Source: Candidatus Paraprochloron terpiosi LD05 (GTDB lineage: Bacteria; Cyanobacteriota; Cyanobacteriia; Cyanobacteriales; Prochloraceae). Taken from it: DNA of 64,000 nt. Shown here piece after piece: positions 20,483 to 30,372 of this stretch; the stretch's first letter is position 1, and every line of letters starts with the position of its first letter. Both the position numbers and the translations under genes were made by a program. The stretch lies in the NCBI GenBank assembly GCA_018141785.1, contig CP073341.1, positions 879,118 through 943,117 of the forward strand. The letters are read 5' to 3'. The notes under the pieces were generated by a model. The model was not told the origin of the DNA and did no database searches. It saw only the letters and a program-made list of their open reading frames with translations.

Positions 20483-22153
20483 ATGGAAAGTCACCTTCCG
20501 ACTATGGTTTCTCAATTGTCAGCACCAACGAAAGCGGAAATTATCTATCCTGATAACGACAGCAAACCTATGGGGGCGACTCGTTCTGGGCGAAAAGTCG
20601 CGGCTTAATAGCCAAATGACATAACCCCAGGCTAGGTATTTTGTACCTTGACAACTAAATCAGGAATGTTGGTGAGGAGCTGGTCAGCAATCAGTCTTCC
20701 AAGTCCAACCGCTTAGGGGATAAGCGAATCTCTATCTGCCCACACGCAACTGTGAATTCAAGCAGGCGATAGGGGTTAGTCTCCGGGGCGTGAAGCTGGG
20801 AACAGGGCGGAATCAGACACGAAAGTGACCCTGCCTAATGCCGGAGAATCCATGGTCAACAGGTATCCTAGAAATAGGTACGCACTCACCGGAAAAAGCG
20901 TCTAATTTGTAGGAGTACAGCGTTTAGTTTGGGGGGAGACCTCCTTAATGGGCAACAAGAACCGATAACCAAAACCCTGCTGCGTTTTGCATAGGATAGC
21001 AGCATTCCTAGGGGGTCGGTAGGCGAAGTGGTGAGACCTAAAGATTCGGAACAATTTCTGATTTGGAACGAGGAAAAACGAATGGTTCTTTCTAAGCGGG
21101 GTGGTACCCGGAGAGGGAGGGCAGACATACCTCTATCGAGACCATTCGGATAGGACGCGGGAACGAAAGCCACGATGCTAAACAATTGCCCGCAATGTGT
21201 TGGAGCTAATTTCTATCCAAAAAGGTGACGCCTAGGCTGAAAATATGCTGTATACCACCGTGGAGACACGGATGAGAGGATAACCTAGTTCCGAATTTGA
21301 GGTCTGGGTAAGACGACAGCCGAGTAGGAATCATTTTCAAACTCAGGTTCCTGTAAAACCGAGTAAGAACCAGTAAAACTGATGCTGGATAGGACAGGCA
21401 AAGATTGCCACAACCTGACGCACCAAACTAGATAGAGGCAATCAACGGATTTTATGCCCTTTGCGGTAGGTTTCAATCCACAGGTCATAGGAGCCGTGTG
21501 AGGTGAAAGTCTCATGCACGGTTCTGAAAGGGAGCTGGGGTGGGCGACCACTCCTTCGACCCGAACCGAATAACACCATTCAGTTTCGCTGGATTTTAAT
21601 TATTCAGCAGAATTTAGACTGGCTCTTAGCTGAAAATGCTAATGCATTTGTGGCTGGAGACTTATTTTGGTATCCTATTGAGGGAAAGAATACCATAGTC
21701 AATGCCCCGGATGTGATGGTAGTATTAGGGAGACCAAAAGGGGATCGTCTCTCCTATAAACAGTGGGAAGAAGACGAAATCGCTCCCCAAGTGATGTTTG
21801 AAATCCTTTCACCCAGCAATACCGGCAAAGAGATGGCTCAAAAACTGCTCTTTTATGATCGCCAGGTCGTGAGGGAGTACTATATTTACGATCCCCATCG
21901 CAATGAGTTACAAGGCTGGTTGCAAGGAGAGTACGGCTTAGAGGACATTGAGTCTATGGCAGACTGGGTAAGTCCCCTGTTAGGTATTCGCTTCTCCCTA
22001 TCCAAAGAAGAATTACAGATTTATCGACCCGACGACAAAAAGTTTCTCTCCTACATAGAGATTAGTCAGCGAGCAGAGGAAGCCGAACAACAATTAGAAC
22101 AGGAGCGAAAACAGACTAAAACCATGGAGGAGTTGTTAAATCAATACCGCTAG
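20483..22153 (+). CDS. Uma2 family endonuclease gene split by a group II intron (exons 20483-20573 and 21561-22153)
   Basis: Exon 1 ends ...IIYPDNDSKPM. Exon 2 continues EPNNTIQFRWI...EILSPSN. Joining g(20573) to cc(21561-2) gives an Ala codon and the canonical Uma2 PMAE motif. Confidence 0.75.
20574..21560 (+). mobile_element. ORF-less group II intron
   Basis: Domain V (gagccgtgtgaggtgaaagtctcatgcacggttc, 21491-21524) is followed by a domain VI-like helix, and the 3' end is ...cgac. The 5' end is GGGCG rather than GUGCG. CCATGG at 20850-20855 can pair with the last exon bases CTATGG. Confidence 0.75.
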
Positions 22154-22303
22154 CTTGCAGAGAATTACAGTAAATCCTCTCAAGGTGCGGCTCTGTTTCC
22201 TGCTCGGGAGCGGCGTAAGCCAAACATAAGCAGGAACAAGGTTCCCGGGACAGCGTCTCCGATAATCTAAACCACCGAAAGGGGCAGAAAACGGATAAAC
22301 GTT

Positions 22304-22328
22304 CCCCCAGCATCGCGGATGCCGGGGG
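22304..22328. repeat. 25-nt palindromic mini-element, copy 1
   Basis: The sequence is cccccagcatcgcggatgccggggg, giving an 11-bp stem with one mismatch and a GCG loop. It lies inside intron domain I. Confidence 0.8.
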
Positions 22329-22876
22329 TTACCGAACCTTGATAACTGAATAAACTATGAGAGTGAGGACACAGTCAGAAATTGTGCAACCAAGCCTCTC
22401 CCATGAAGGAATCATGTGAATCCTTATCTGGCCACAGTGAGATTAATCATCAGGCTGAAGCTGGCAGCAGGGCGGAACCGGAGCTATCGAGCGGTTCGAT
22501 GGTAACGCCGCTAATAGGGAGAACACCGGGATAACTTACATGAATCATCTACGAAAAGACCTAAGGATTAACACTGCCAAACCGTGTATCGCAGAAAAGA
22601 CACCGAAAGAAACTCGTAAGGGAAAGCTTGAGGCCACTTACATTCCTGAGTTGGTGATAGGTCAATTGATGAGTCCCAAGGGTTCGTAACAATAGTTCAT
22701 TCGGAACGAGTAAAAACTCGCTCAACTTCCATCAAAACAAGGGATTCCAAGCCCTGATATGTGAGATGGTGGGGTCGCCCGATTAACGGCCTACCGGAAG
22801 AGCGAGGGTAAGAGAAGGCGTAACTGCCTGATGGTTTCTACAGAGAAGATACCCAATGTAATTATCAGAGCGACTA

Positions 22877-24629
22877 ATGAAGGTCAAAACTGTGAATATC
22901 ACTAACCAGACTCCAATCGAATACCGCAGTTTAAAAGCCCTGAGACTCCACCTAGCAGCATTCCTGCTAACGGGGAAGATTGGCCGGAGAACTGACGATG
23001 TCTGGAAAAACCTGCCATGGAAGAAATTCCGGCAACATGTATTTCGGTTACAGCGGAGTATCTTCAAAGCGCAAAAAGAACAAGCAAAAGCTAAGGTCAA
23101 ACGTTTACAACGACTCCTACTACAGAGTCGTGCAGCTCAAGCTCTGGCCGTCAAACAAGTAACACAGCTAAACCAAGGGCGTAAGTCCCCCGGAGTTGAT
23201 GGTAAAACAGCGCTTTCTCCCAAGGAGCGTCTAGTGTTGTGCCAAAGGTTGAACAAGCATTGGTACCTCTGGAAACACCAACAACTGAGAAGGGTAAATA
23301 TCCCCAAGCCAAACGGCAAAACAAGGGGATTAGGCATCCCGACAATGGCCGACAGGGCATGGCAAGCATTGCTCAAATTAGCAGCCGAGCCAGCCTACGA
23401 GGCAACTGCCGGAGAAAGGAGCTACGGCTTCAGACCCGGACGCTGTACTGCGGACGCACAAAAGCTCATTTTTAATAACCTAAACAAGAGCAATAATGGC
23501 AAAGATAAGCAGATTCTGGAAACTGATATCAGCAAATGCTTTGACGAGATAAACCACGAGGTAATACTCGAAAAAGTGGTCTTGCCAAAAGAAGCTTTAA
23601 AGGGGTTAAAGAAAGCCGTAAAAGCTGGCGTCCGTGGTGAATATCCCTCCAGTATGAAGGGTACCCCCCAAGGCGGGGTTATCTCACCCCTACTGGCCAA
23701 TATCGCTCTAGATGGATTTGAGAACCTAGGGTCAGACCAATGGAAAAAGAGTCGCCGAAATGGGACTCTCATAAGGGGTATACGTTACGCAGACGATGCG
23801 GTCTTTATCTGTAAACCCGGAGCTGACACCAAGAGGCTACGGGAAGATATCGACGAATTCCTAAAGTTCAGAGGGCTACGAATTAACGAAACTAAGACTA
23901 AGGTGAGTAAAGCTACGGAAGGATTCAATTTCCTGGGGTGGCGCTTCCGTGTCAACTCCCGTGGGCTCTTTAAGTCCACACCGAGCTCCGAGAATTATGC
24001 GAACATCAAGGCCAAGGTAAAGGCCACTTGGAAGAACGGCACACCCACGGAGGCTCGCCTGAAAAGGATAGAGTCACAAGTCCGAGGGTGGAGGCAATAC
24101 CATAAAAACTGCGATATGAGCAAGCACTCGCTATGGTCGCTCAATCACTGGGTATGGCGTAAGCTGAGGGCTGAAAAACGCAGGATGGCAATTAAGGAAG
24201 CAACTCGAGCAAGACGTCTGGCAATCAAGGGTAAACCCCCCGGCATCGCGGATGGCGGGGGCGGCTAAACGCCAGCTCACATCAGAGCAGATTAAGAAAG
24301 CTTTTCCTACAGTTTCCTGGAAAGTCAATAACCACGTGATGGTTAAAGGTGATGCTTCACCCTTCAATGGGAATATTTCCTATTGGGTCGGTCGCAACTC
24401 TAAACTGTATAGTGGCCCAACCGCTAACGCCATTAAACGACAGAAGAATATATGTCCGCATTGCAACCGTAAGTTCATGGAGATAGATGGTGCCGTGGAG
24501 TTGCACCACATTGACGGCAACCATAACAACTGGAAACGTAAGAATTTAGTTGCTCTCCATCGGGAATGTCACCAAGCGCAAGCAATACATCGCAAGCGCA
24601 TTAAGGACGGACTCGTAAAGCGCCGTTAG
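22877..24629 (+). pseudogene. Intron-encoded reverse transcriptase/maturase/HNH protein, frameshifted
   Basis: The RT block with YADD (IRYADDAVFIC) and the X domain are in ORF 22877-24268. The HNH domain (CPHCNRKF..HHIDGNHNNW..LHRECH) is in the +1 ORF 24252-24629. The frames switch at a 25-nt palindrome. Confidence 0.8.
24236..24260. repeat. 25-nt palindromic mini-element, copy 2 (inside the IEP ORF)
   Basis: The sequence is cccccggcatcgcggatggcggggg, flanked by TAAAC on both sides. Its length (25, or 34 with flank) is 1 mod 3, matching the observed +1 frame change. Confidence 0.8.
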
Positions 24630-24778
24630 GAGCACCTGAGCTGTATGAGGTGAAAGTCTCACGTACAGTTCGTAGGAGAGGGGCGAGGCGGCAACGTCTC
24701 CCTCGACTCTAATAATCGCTACCATAGTGGAGTTAGAGTTAATCAGAGCAGTATAACAAAAAGTTATCTAAGAGATAA

Positions 24779-25669
24779 ATGACAACGGAAAACAGCCGTC
24801 TAAGAACCGAATTCTTAAACACACAGGTCATCACTCGTGACACAGGTAAGCGGTTAGGAGTGGTGAAAGAACTGTTGGTGGATGTTGACCAACGGGAAAT
24901 CGTAGTTTTGGGACTCCGGGACAACTTCCTTTCTTTAACCGGAATGGCGAAATATATGTACCGAGACAGGATCGAAAAAAGTGGTGACGTAGTGCTGGTG
25001 GATTCCGAAGATGTGATTGAAGACATCGACGTGGATGTTTACAGCAAACTCATCAATAGTGAAGTTATCACGGAAACCGGGGAACCTTTAGGTCGGATTA
25101 GGGACTTTGTCTTCAACATTGACGATGGGAAGGTTTATTCTCTGATTATAGCTTCCCTGGGTATTCCCCAAATCCCCGAGCAGTTAATCAGTACCTACGA
25201 GTTGCCCATAGAAGAAATAATCAGCAGTGGTCCGAACCGGGTGATTGTTTTTGAGGGTGCGGAAGACAGACTTACCCAGTTAACGGAGGGTATTTTAGAG
25301 CGATTCGGAATCAGCAGACCCGTTTGGGAACGGGAGCAAGAAGACGAATTTGATTCTCTGAATACTGTTCGACCGGAAAATCAATTACCTACAGGTATCC
25401 CCGTGCGCGCTCCCCAAAAGCAACAACCCGTAAAGACTCCTGTCAGACAATGGGAAGAAGAAGAGTGGGAAGAGGAGGTTCCGGCAGCACCCCAAAAGCG
25501 GAAAGTTCTCTACCAGGATTACGAAGATGAGCGATATGAGGACTACCAGGATGAGAATGTGGATCAGGATGCGTGGGATGATGAGGTAAAATCTGAGCCT
25601 TACAAGGGACCACGTATAAGTATTCCCGAGAAGAAAAAAGCTCCTGAGTATGAGGAGGAAACTCGTTAA
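24779..25669 (+). CDS. PRC-barrel domain protein with an acidic C-terminal tail
   Basis: It has two PRC-barrel-like units (VITRDTGKRLGVVKELLVDVDQREIVVLGL and VITETGEPLGRIRDFVFNIDDGKVYSLII) followed by an E/D/W-rich tail. Confidence 0.65.
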   Translation: MTTENSRLRTEFLNTQVITRDTGKRLGVVKELLVDVDQREIVVLGLRDNFLSLTGMAKYMYRDRIEKSGDVVLVDSEDVIEDIDVDVYSKLINSEVITETGEPLGRIRDFVFNIDDGKVYSLIIASLGIPQIPEQLISTYELPIEEIISSGPNRVIVFEGAEDRLTQLTEGILERFGISRPVWEREQEDEFDSLNTVRPENQLPTGIPVRAPQKQQPVKTPVRQWEEEEWEEEVPAAPQKRKVLYQDYEDERYEDYQDENVDQDAWDDEVKSEPYKGPRISIPEKKKAPEYEEETR

Positions 25670-25853
25670 ACATTGGTAGGGGCGCAAGGCTTGCGCCCTC
25701 CTGTCCTTCCCCAGTAAGGCGATCGCTAATAGCCTCAACAATATTCTCTTAAGATTAAGTTTTGTAACTTTTTTTTGAAAAAGCCTTGACATTTGGAATT
25801 TTTTTATGTTATAGTTTGAGAGTGGGAAAATGTGCTGCCATATATAGGGTTTT

Positions 25854-25899
25854 TATAAACCGCAGAGACGCAGAGAGCGCAGAGGAAGAAAGGAAAGGA
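25854..25899 (+). repeat. CGCAGAG-type repeat element abutting a start codon
   Basis: The sequence tataaaccgcagagacgcagagagcgcagaggaagaaaggaaagga is followed directly by ATG at 25900. Confidence 0.8.
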
Positions 25900-26133
25900 A
25901 TGTTAGCAGGTCGTTATAAAATCGTTAAAAGTCTTGGTAGCGGTGGGTTTGGAGACACCTATCTTGCGCAAGATATTCATTTACCCGGCGATCCCTATTG
26001 TGTGGTGAAGCACTTAAAACCCCAAAATCCCGATAGTTTCGATATTGCGCAGCGTCTCTTTGAAAAAGAAGCAGAAACCCTTTATCGTCTCGGGAACTAT
26101 GACCAAATTCCTCGAAAGGACTTTACATACTAG
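25900..26133 (+). pseudogene. Ser/Thr protein kinase N-terminal stub
   Basis: It has the glycine loop and VAIK-type lysine (LGSGGFGDTYLA...YCVVKHLKP, FEKEAETLYRLG), then a stop after about 78 codons. No catalytic loop is present. Confidence 0.6.
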
Positions 26134-26164
26134 CCCGCGATCGCCCTGTGGTAGGCAATACCCA

Positions 26165-27217
26165 CTACAACTTTGCGCCTTTGCGCGAAACATATGAAGA
26201 CGTTGTTGGTGCGTTCGCAACGCACCCTACGACTTTACCAATATTATAAGCAGCAATATCCTGCGAATGAAACCATTTTAAAGCAGTTTTCTCCTGTTTT
26301 GGAGGCACCACCACCACAAAACCAATGCCCATATTAAAAGTTTGGCTCATAGTTTCGTTTCCCACAGCCCCAGTTTCCTGGATCCACTTAAAAATTGGCG
26401 GAACCTCCCAACTTTGAGGATAGATTTCCACTGACTGCCCTACCTGGAGACAACGAGGCAAGTTCTCAGGTAACCCACCCCCGGTAATATGAGCCATGGC
26501 GCGAATTTCCAGTCCGGAACCAATAGCTTCCAACACTGGTTTCACATATATTTTCGTGGGAGTGAGGAGAGTTTCTCCTAAACTCTGACCTAACAACTCG
26601 GGGACTGCACTCCAGTCCAAACCTTGGGTTGCTACTATTTTCCGCACTAGGGAAAAACCGTTGCTATGAACACCGTTACTAGCTAAACCAATAGCAATAT
26701 CCCCAATTTTAACCTGAGAACCATCTAATAATTTGCTCTTTTCCACTATTCCCACAGCAAAACCAGCTACGTCATATTCTCCTAAGGTATAAAAACCGGG
26801 CATTTCTGCTGTTTCCCCTCCCAAAAGGGAACAACCACTCAATTTACAACCCTGAACTATTCCTTTTACTACTGCTGCTAGTTCTACTTCCTTCAGCTTA
26901 CCTGTGGCTAAATAATCTAAGAAAAATAAAGGTTCAGCACCGGAAGTGAGAATATCATTGACACACATAGCCACTAAGTCTATACCTATGGTATCATGAC
27001 GATGGAGTTCCTGGGCTATTTTAAGTTTTGTTCCCACTCCGTCAGTAGCGGAAACTAATATAGGTTCTTGGTAACCAGTTGGAAGTTGAAAATAACCCCC
27101 AAAACCTCCCAAACCCCCCAAAACTTCCCGACGATAGGTACTTTCTACTTCTTGGCGGATGGTTTGGACAAAAGAGCGCCCTGCTTCTATATCAACTCCA
27201 GCTTCTCGATAATCCAT
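26165..27217 (-). CDS. purM: Phosphoribosylformylglycinamidine cyclo-ligase (AIR synthase)
   Basis: It has [22 protein letters not shown] and DGVGTK motifs. The last codons (SRKGAKL*) are encoded by a repeat copy. Confidence 0.9.
   Translation of the reverse strand: MDYREAGVDIEAGRSFVQTIRQEVESTYRREVLGGLGGFGGYFQLPTGYQEPILVSATDGVGTKLKIAQELHRHDTIGIDLVAMCVNDILTSGAEPLFFLDYLATGKLKEVELAAVVKGIVQGCKLSGCSLLGGETAEMPGFYTLGEYDVAGFAVGIVEKSKLLDGSQVKIGDIAIGLASNGVHSNGFSLVRKIVATQGLDWSAVPELLGQSLGETLLTPTKIYVKPVLEAIGSGLEIRAMAHITGGGLPENLPRCLQVGQSVEIYPQSWEVPPIFKWIQETGAVGNETMSQTFNMGIGFVVVVPPKQEKTALKWFHSQDIAAYNIGKVVGCVANAPTTSSYVSRKGAKL
26171..26187 (-). repeat. GCGCAAAG tandem unit, inverted copy at the purM 3' end
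   Basis: ctttgcgcctttgcgcg is the reverse complement of cgcgcaaaggcgcaaag at 27260-27276. Confidence 0.85.
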
Positions 27218-27259
27218 AGGAAAATAAAATAACTATTATATACTAAGGTTACATTATCT

Positions 27260-27276
27260 CGCGCAAAGGCGCAAAG
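27260..27276 (+). repeat. GCGCAAAG tandem unit upstream of purM
   Basis: cgcgcaaaggcgcaaag is a perfect 17-nt inverted partner of 26171-26187. Confidence 0.85.
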
Positions 27277-27378
27277 GACAATCGCTATAGTCGTATAATT
27301 TAATTACGCTATTATACTGATGTTTAGCCCCAATTTAGTCTGTTTCAATATAAGGATTGATATATAAGCCATCAATAA

Positions 27379-28155
27379 ATGAATATAAAAGTTATACTTG
27401 GTGTTGGTGTAGCCATATTTTTAACCAGTGCTGTGATAGCATTCAATAGGAGTACAAAAATTAACAACAAAGAGGTCAAATTAGAGAAAATTGCCACAAT
27501 TTATTCTTCTATAAGTAGAAAATCACCGGATGTAACTCTCTATCTTCAGAATAAACCATTTCTGAGATTTCGACCCGAAGAGAACTCAGAACCGGAATAC
27601 AGAGGTAAAATAGTAGCAGATAGTATCAATCAACTCCCTGGAGAGAAAATAGATCCGGAACAAATTACTGTTCGCTGGAACGGTGCTGATGAAACTTATA
27701 CAATTCAGGTTATTGATCGGAAATTATTCCAAATTAATGCTCATACTATCTTAGCAAATGGGAGTGGCAATTTGGCAGAAGATGCCATCGAAGCGACCAA
27801 CAGGTTGAGGAGTTTGCTGGGTGGACCCCCCTTGTCAAATGGTGTCCTTGCCCAAGTCAGGCAACTCAAGGGGATTGCCTCTTGGTATGGTCCGAAGTTT
27901 CACAATCGCTTAACTGCTAACGGGGAAATATTCAACCAAAATACCCTAACAGCAGCTCATAAAACCTTACCGTTCAATACTAAAGTGGAAGTGACTAACC
28001 TGGATAACGGTAAGTCGGTTATCGTCAGGATTAACGACCGGGGTCCATATATCTCAGGGCGCATTATTGACCTCTCTGCTGAAGCTGGTAGAGTCATAGG
28101 TATAGACAAGGTAGGTATTGCACCAGTACAATTGAAAATTCTTGAACCAGAATAA
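27379..28155 (+). CDS. rlpA: RlpA-family septal ring lytic transglycosylase (DPBB domain)
   Basis: It has an N-terminal TM/signal segment and a C-terminal [19 protein letters not shown]...[16 protein letters not shown] double-psi beta-barrel motif. Confidence 0.8.
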   Translation: MNIKVILGVGVAIFLTSAVIAFNRSTKINNKEVKLEKIATIYSSISRKSPDVTLYLQNKPFLRFRPEENSEPEYRGKIVADSINQLPGEKIDPEQITVRWNGADETYTIQVIDRKLFQINAHTILANGSGNLAEDAIEATNRLRSLLGGPPLSNGVLAQVRQLKGIASWYGPKFHNRLTANGEIFNQNTLTAAHKTLPFNTKVEVTNLDNGKSVIVRINDRGPYISGRIIDLSAEAGRVIGIDKVGIAPVQLKILEPE

Positions 28156-28166
28156 AGGAGTTTCTG

Positions 28167-29716
28167 TGGATCTATTTAAAATAACTCTGGGGTTGGGTTC
28201 TTATTTAGAGGACCAACGTCAAGGAAAAACCATGGGTTTGGTTCCCACTATGGGTGCTTTACACTTTGCTCACCGCAGTCTGATTGAACGTGCTGTGGCA
28301 GAAAATGATCTAGTAGTTGTGAGTATTTTTGTCAATCCTCTCCAGTTTGCCCCAAATGAAAACTTAAAGTGTTATCCTCGTCAGTTAAAGGAAGATTGTC
28401 GGTTTTGTGAGGAGCTGGGAGTGAATGTAGTTTTTGCCCCTTCTATAGAGGAAATCTACCCCCAAGATAGGGTAACTCAAGTTATACCCCCACCAGCACT
28501 AACTTCTGGGTTATGTGGTAGGTTTCGACCAGGACATTTTGTTGGCGTAGCCACTATTGTCACAAAACTGCTGAATATTGTCCAACCTACCAGAGCTTAT
28601 TTTGGTGAAAAAGATGCTCAACAGTTGGCTATTATCCGCCGTTTGGTCACAGATTTACATTTACCAGTAGTTATTAGAGGTTGTCCTCTTATCAGGGAAG
28701 ATTCTGGTTTAGCTTATAGTTCTCGCAATCAATATCTTACCCCAGAAGAGAAGACACTGGCTTTGGGGTTATCTCGAGGGTTATTCTTAGCCCAAAAAGC
28801 TTTTCACACCAATCCCGAAATTAATGGGGAAACTTTAGTTAACCTAGTGCAGGGGGAACTAGGTGGATTAGAGGTAGAATATGTAGAGTTGGTTCATCCT
28901 AACACCCTTCAGCCTTTAAGTAAAGTTGAAAAGGTGGGATTATTAGCAGCAGCGGTGAAAGTGGGTAGTACCCGTTTGATTGATAATGTTATTTTACGCC
29001 TCAGTTCCCCTATTATAGCTATTGATGGACCTGCTGGGGCAGGGAAATCTACCGTTACCCGTAGGGTTGCCCAAGCCTTGGGGATGTTATATTTAGATAC
29101 AGGAGCCATGTATCGAGCTGTCACCTGGTTAGCCATGGAAAAAGGTGTTCAAATAGAAGATAAAGGAGCCATAGGTGAGTTAGTGAGTCAAGCTCAATTG
29201 GAGTTAATTCCTCAGGAGGATAAAATTCGAGTTAAAATTAATGGAGAAGATGTAACAGAAGCTATTCGCACTCCAGCAGTTACCGCTAAGGTCTCTACCA
29301 TAGCAGCTCAACCTGCTGTGCGATATCAGTTATTAAAACAACAGCAAGAGTGGGGGGAAAAAGGAGTGGGAGTGGTGGCAGAAGGAAGAGATATGGGTAC
29401 CCATGTCTTCCCCAACGCTGCTCTGAAGATTTTCCTCACTGCTTCTGTGGAAGAAAGAGCGAGACGCCGGTGGAAACAGTTGCAAGAGAGAGGAGAGCAA
29501 GGGGTTACTATAGAGGAATTAACTCGTCAAATTCAAGAGCGGGATGATAAGGATAGTAATCGTCAGGAAGCTCCTTTAATCCAAGCACCAGATGCTATTG
29601 TTATTAATACAGATGGAATGACCATTGATGCTGTCACTGCTAAGATTATCCAACTTTATAGCGCCCCGAGGGGCGGGGGTTCGGGGGTGCGGCTCGTTCC
29701 CTGTGAAAGTCGGTAG
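28167..29716 (+). CDS. panC: Bifunctional pantoate--beta-alanine ligase / cytidylate kinase
   Basis: PanC (PTMGALHFAHRSL, FGEKDAQQ) is fused to Cmk (IAIDGPAGAGKST), as is usual in cyanobacteria. GTG at 28167 has AAGGAG upstream. The tail APRGGGSGVRLVPCESR looks non-native. Confidence 0.9.
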
Positions 29717-29754
29717 TGCTGCATTGTAATGATGGTAGCCTGCTGAAACCTTCC

Positions 29755-30372
29755 TTATGACATGAAAAGATTGTGAAGAAACTGCTTAATATCAACAAAG
29801 CAGCTATTTTTAAAATCCCAGTACCCTTTTTGAGCAGCAAGCCCTAGGGAGGATACAAGAGGATTCTGAGTAGCTAAGTAAGCCTGAACTTTGGCTTTGG
29901 CTATATTAATCTTTTTATTTTTTGACATTTGTGGTGAACAGCATTCAAAATATTTATCTACGCATCCATAAAGGGGGTCATTAATTATAGATTGAAGACA
30001 CAAATCTTCTAGCATTCCTTCATCAACATTGTTGGGCATAATAAATACGCCAATTTTTATATTTTGTTGAACAATAACTTGATTAATAGATTTTGGGGCA
30101 GGTAAGTTATTTTTCATTAAAGTACTACAAATACTCGAAAATGCCGCCGGAGCTTTCTTTTCTTCTGCATCCCGTACAAAACCAAAGGTATCAACCTCAG
30201 AAAAGCCATCCATATTAACCAAATTTGGGAGTTCAGTTTTGAATTTATCTTTACCGCCAACAGGAATTACTTGAACACCATTGACATCCTCATGTTTTAG
30301 CAAAGCTGCAAAAAAGTTACGCTCATCTTTACCTTCAACTATCAATAACTTTTTTGATTCAATTCTTTTCAT
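29755..30372 (-). CDS. Small Toprim-like protein (DUF3226/DUF4276/RloB-like), partner of the upstream ATPase
   Basis: It has an N-terminal LLIVEGKDERNFF (acidic EG motif), FVRDAEE and MPNNVDEGMLEDL. Its ATG overlaps the ATPase stop (TAATG). The family assignment is by pattern only. Confidence 0.6.
   Translation of the reverse strand: MKRIESKKLLIVEGKDERNFFAALLKHEDVNGVQVIPVGGKDKFKTELPNLVNMDGFSEVDTFGFVRDAEEKKAPAAFSSICSTLMKNNLPAPKSINQVIVQQNIKIGVFIMPNNVDEGMLEDLCLQSIINDPLYGCVDKYFECCSPQMSKNKKINIAKAKVQAYLATQNPLVSSLGLAAQKGYWDFKNSCFVDIKQFLHNLFMS

Larger units (their letters stand above)
22185..24707 (+). mobile_element. Group II intron with an intron-encoded protein, inserted 32 nt after the Uma2 stop
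   Basis: The 5' end is GTGCGG at 22185. Domain V is at 24638-24671 and the 3' end is ...ccctcgac. CTTGAG at 22627-22632 is complementary to the 5' flank CTCAAG. Confidence 0.85.

Noticed and set aside
20886-23100. These are minus-strand ORFs inside the two group II introns (20886-21185, 21285-21551, 22116-22313, 22783-23100).
   Set aside because: They lie within structured intron RNA domains and antisense to the intron. They show no protein-like motifs.
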